DNA of 64,000 nucleotides from Phyllosticta citribraziliensis (Eukaryota): NCBI RefSeq assembly GCF_038025025.1, contig NW_027117347.1, positions 248,001 to 312,000 of the forward strand, read 5' to 3'. Shown piece by piece: positions 61,908 to 64,000 of this stretch (position 1 is its first letter; each line of letters starts with the position of its first letter). The notes under the pieces were generated by a model. It saw only the letters and a program-made list of their open reading frames with translations, ran no database searches and was not told where the DNA came from. The position numbers and the translations under genes were made by a program.

Positions 61908-64000
61908 TCAACCACCAGCAACGACCGCAAGACCCTCGTAAATCTTTCTCTTGACGGCGTAAAAGGTAAAGTCTTGGGTACCAGGTACCATGGCTCCAAA
62001 ACCGCTTCCCTCCACCTCAATCCTTCCCGTACCACTCTTCCTGACCACGACAGTGCCATTGATGAGCAGAGTTCCTTCGCCTCTGAATTCAGCAGCAAAG
62101 CCACTCGACTGCATGACCCGGCGGAGATCAGCTAGCCTCAAGTCGCCGACGTGGAGAGGCTGAGCGACTGAGCGTGTCGCCGCGGCCATGCTGACCGGCA
62201 CCACGTCCAGAACTGGAGTTGCGTTGACCACTTCCCTGTCTGCGTCGTCAGATTCTGGAACGTCGCCATTGTCGACTTTGGCCTTCTTCTTTGCGCTGCC
62301 CTTTTCATTGGTGGCGTCTTCTTTGGGGAGTTGTGCCTCCAGTCGCCCAGTGATAGCCACAACACCAAGACCCTTGACGTTCTGCCAACGCAAACGACGG
62401 ACGAGTGTTTGACTGAGTTTGACAGTCCACGCGTTGGTGTCAACGCTGGCATCAATCGTGAAGCCAACTTGGGGAGTGAAGACCTCAATGGCGCTCTCGG
62501 TCAAGTCGGCAGCGGCAGCTTCGGCCAGCTTCCGGCAATCCGACGCAAGGGCCAAAGTCTCGTCCTGCTCGCCAGCAACCAGGATGAGTTTGCGCGGGCG
62601 AATGAGTGGGATCAAGAGTTGGAGGCTGCGTTTGTCGTGTAATCCGGAAAAGTCGACAAACGCAATGCGACACTCCAGGCGAACTGTCTCGGAAGAAAAC
62701 AAGACCTTCGAGGGCCCGGAAACAGCTCCATCAGAAGGCTCCTCTTCAGATTCCGAGCCTTCGTCATTGCTGGCGTCATCTTCCAATAATGCGCCTCCTT
62801 GAGAAGAGTCCTCTTGTCCTCTGCGACGCTTCGTCGTGCCGTTTGCCAGCTGGCGCTTGCCGGTGCCACCTTTGCCAACCTGGTCGTCCCACTTGCGCTT
62901 CTGGCCAACGCCAGTCTCTCTTTGAGATGTACCATTGCGCATGTCCTGGCCGTCCATGTCGTCGCGTTCTTCGGCGCGCAAATACTCCTCGGGTCTGATG
63001 AGGTCGCCAAACTCGTCGTTCCGGCGTCGTTTGGCGACGTAGGGAAACATCTTTTCTCTGCCTCTCTTGCCACGCGTGTCATAATCATGTACATGCTTTC
63101 GTCGGAGCAGAATGTTGATGCCGAGTTCGGCGTCGCTCAGGCCCAACTTGTGCCGAGAATGCGTCAACGCAGCAGAGATGTTCAAAGACTTTCCTTGGTG
63201 TTCAGCATCAGACTCATCAGAGGACTCGGAACTAGACGACGACCGATCGTCAATCACGTCTGCAGATGTCTCCAACGACGTTGCACCATCAGTCTGCATC
63301 GTATTGTGTAGTTGACGCTGCTGTGCCAAGTACTGTTGGTACAGTGGGATTTCGTTGCCTTGAAGTGGAGTCGCAGTGACGGTTTGAACAGTCGCCGAAG
63401 TGCCAGTTTCGTGCACCGAGGCGTCCGCGGAGTCCTCAGCAGTCGCCTTCGCGCCACTCCTTTCGGCCCAGAGTTCCCAAAGCAACCTACCCAATCCTTT
63501 TTTCTCGACCGACAGCTGCGACATACGTTCAGTAAGCACCACCAGGTTGCGGCCATCTGCGGCCAAGGTGCGCAAAGCCTCCTTTGAGAAACCCCACTCT
63601 AGCGAGACGTCACTCGCGAGAATGACCTTGGGGCCCTCGGTGGCGAGCATGCGATTCACTTGAGCCTTGCGTTCCAGTAGTCTGAGATGCTTAAAGTCGA
63701 ATGGCGCAGTCGCTTTTTTCGTGTCATCTTTGCCTCTGTTCGGCCCTTGCGAGGCTTTTGTCCGCTTGTTGTCTTCTGGGCCTGGGCCACCGCTGGCTGC
63801 TTCGAATTCACGAACAATTCCTTCATCCATCCACTCCAGCATACTACGCGTATAACGCATCGTCGCGCCACATGTCCGACTGGCAAGGTACAAAGACGCC
63901 TTTCCAAAGGAACTAGAGTCCGCCTGCCATGTGGTCTCCAGGAGATATGCCAGTTCGAGCATTCGAGCGCTCGAGTCTGAAGGGATCAAGACTGAGCCCC
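61908..64000 (-). CDS. CFT2: Cleavage and polyadenylation specificity factor subunit 2 (CPSF100/Ydh1), 5' part outside the window
   Basis: VLIPSDSSARMLEL, RSMLEWMD, PFDFKHL, SLEWGFS, KMFPY...EFGDLIRPEEY, VDFSGLHDKRSL, LHVGDLRLADLR...AEFRGEGTL. Confidence 0.93.
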   Translation of the reverse strand, partial: GSVLIPSDSSARMLELAYLLETTWQADSSSFGKASLYLASRTCGATMRYTRSMLEWMDEGIVREFEAASGGPGPEDNKRTKASQGPNRGKDDTKKATAPFDFKHLRLLERKAQVNRMLATEGPKVILASDVSLEWGFSKEALRTLAADGRNLVVLTERMSQLSVEKKGLGRLLWELWAERSGAKATAEDSADASVHETGTSATVQTVTATPLQGNEIPLYQQYLAQQRQLHNTMQTDGATSLETSADVIDDRSSSSSESSDESDAEHQGKSLNISAALTHSRHKLGLSDAELGINILLRRKHVHDYDTRGKRGREKMFPYVAKRRRNDEFGDLIRPEEYLRAEERDDMDGQDMRNGTSQRETGVGQKRKWDDQVGKGGTGKRQLANGTTKRRRGQEDSSQGGALLEDDASNDEGSESEEEPSDGAVSGPSKVLFSSETVRLECRIAFVDFSGLHDKRSLQLLIPLIRPRKLILVAGEQDETLALASDCRKLAEAAAADLTESAIEVFTPQVGFTIDASVDTNAWTVKLSQTLVRRLRWQNVKGLGVVAITGRLEAQLPKEDATNEKGSAKKKAKVDNGDVPESDDADREVVNATPVLDVVPVSMAAATRSVAQPLHVGDLRLADLRRVMQSSGFAAEFRGEGTLLINGTVVVRKSGTGRIEVEGSGFGAMVPGTQDFTFYAVKRKIYEGLAVVAGG

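Overview
Intron-containing fungal (Pezizomycotina) genomic DNA with high-GC exons and microsatellite-rich intergenic regions; a Dothideomycete plant-associated fungus such as a Botryosphaeriales member is my inference, not shown. It holds about 20 protein-coding genes, mostly housekeeping: a sugar/inositol transporter (3' end), HIS7, IMP3, CHL1 helicase, alternative oxidase, RPL10, RPL30, RPL27, UGGT, RAD21, PMR1, a spherulin-like cupin, CAP20, CFT2 (partial) and several uncharacterised proteins. The standout is a ~4 kb accessory island (about 9.7-13.7 kb). It contains a RIP-mutated ~490 bp MITE with ~128 bp inverted repeats, then a two-exon secreted 10-Cys pro-protein with a Kex2 site whose Cys spacing resembles Fusarium SIX6 / FOLD dual-domain effectors, then a second degenerate transposon-like relic. 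Other notable signals: a 5-nt microexon inside the CHL1 Walker A motif, a double-hairpin RPL30 intron, a Rab11-FIP-like motif in a coiled-coil protein, and helical repeats in a ~2460-aa protein. All gene models and family calls were made by eye from memory of the families; no searches were run.
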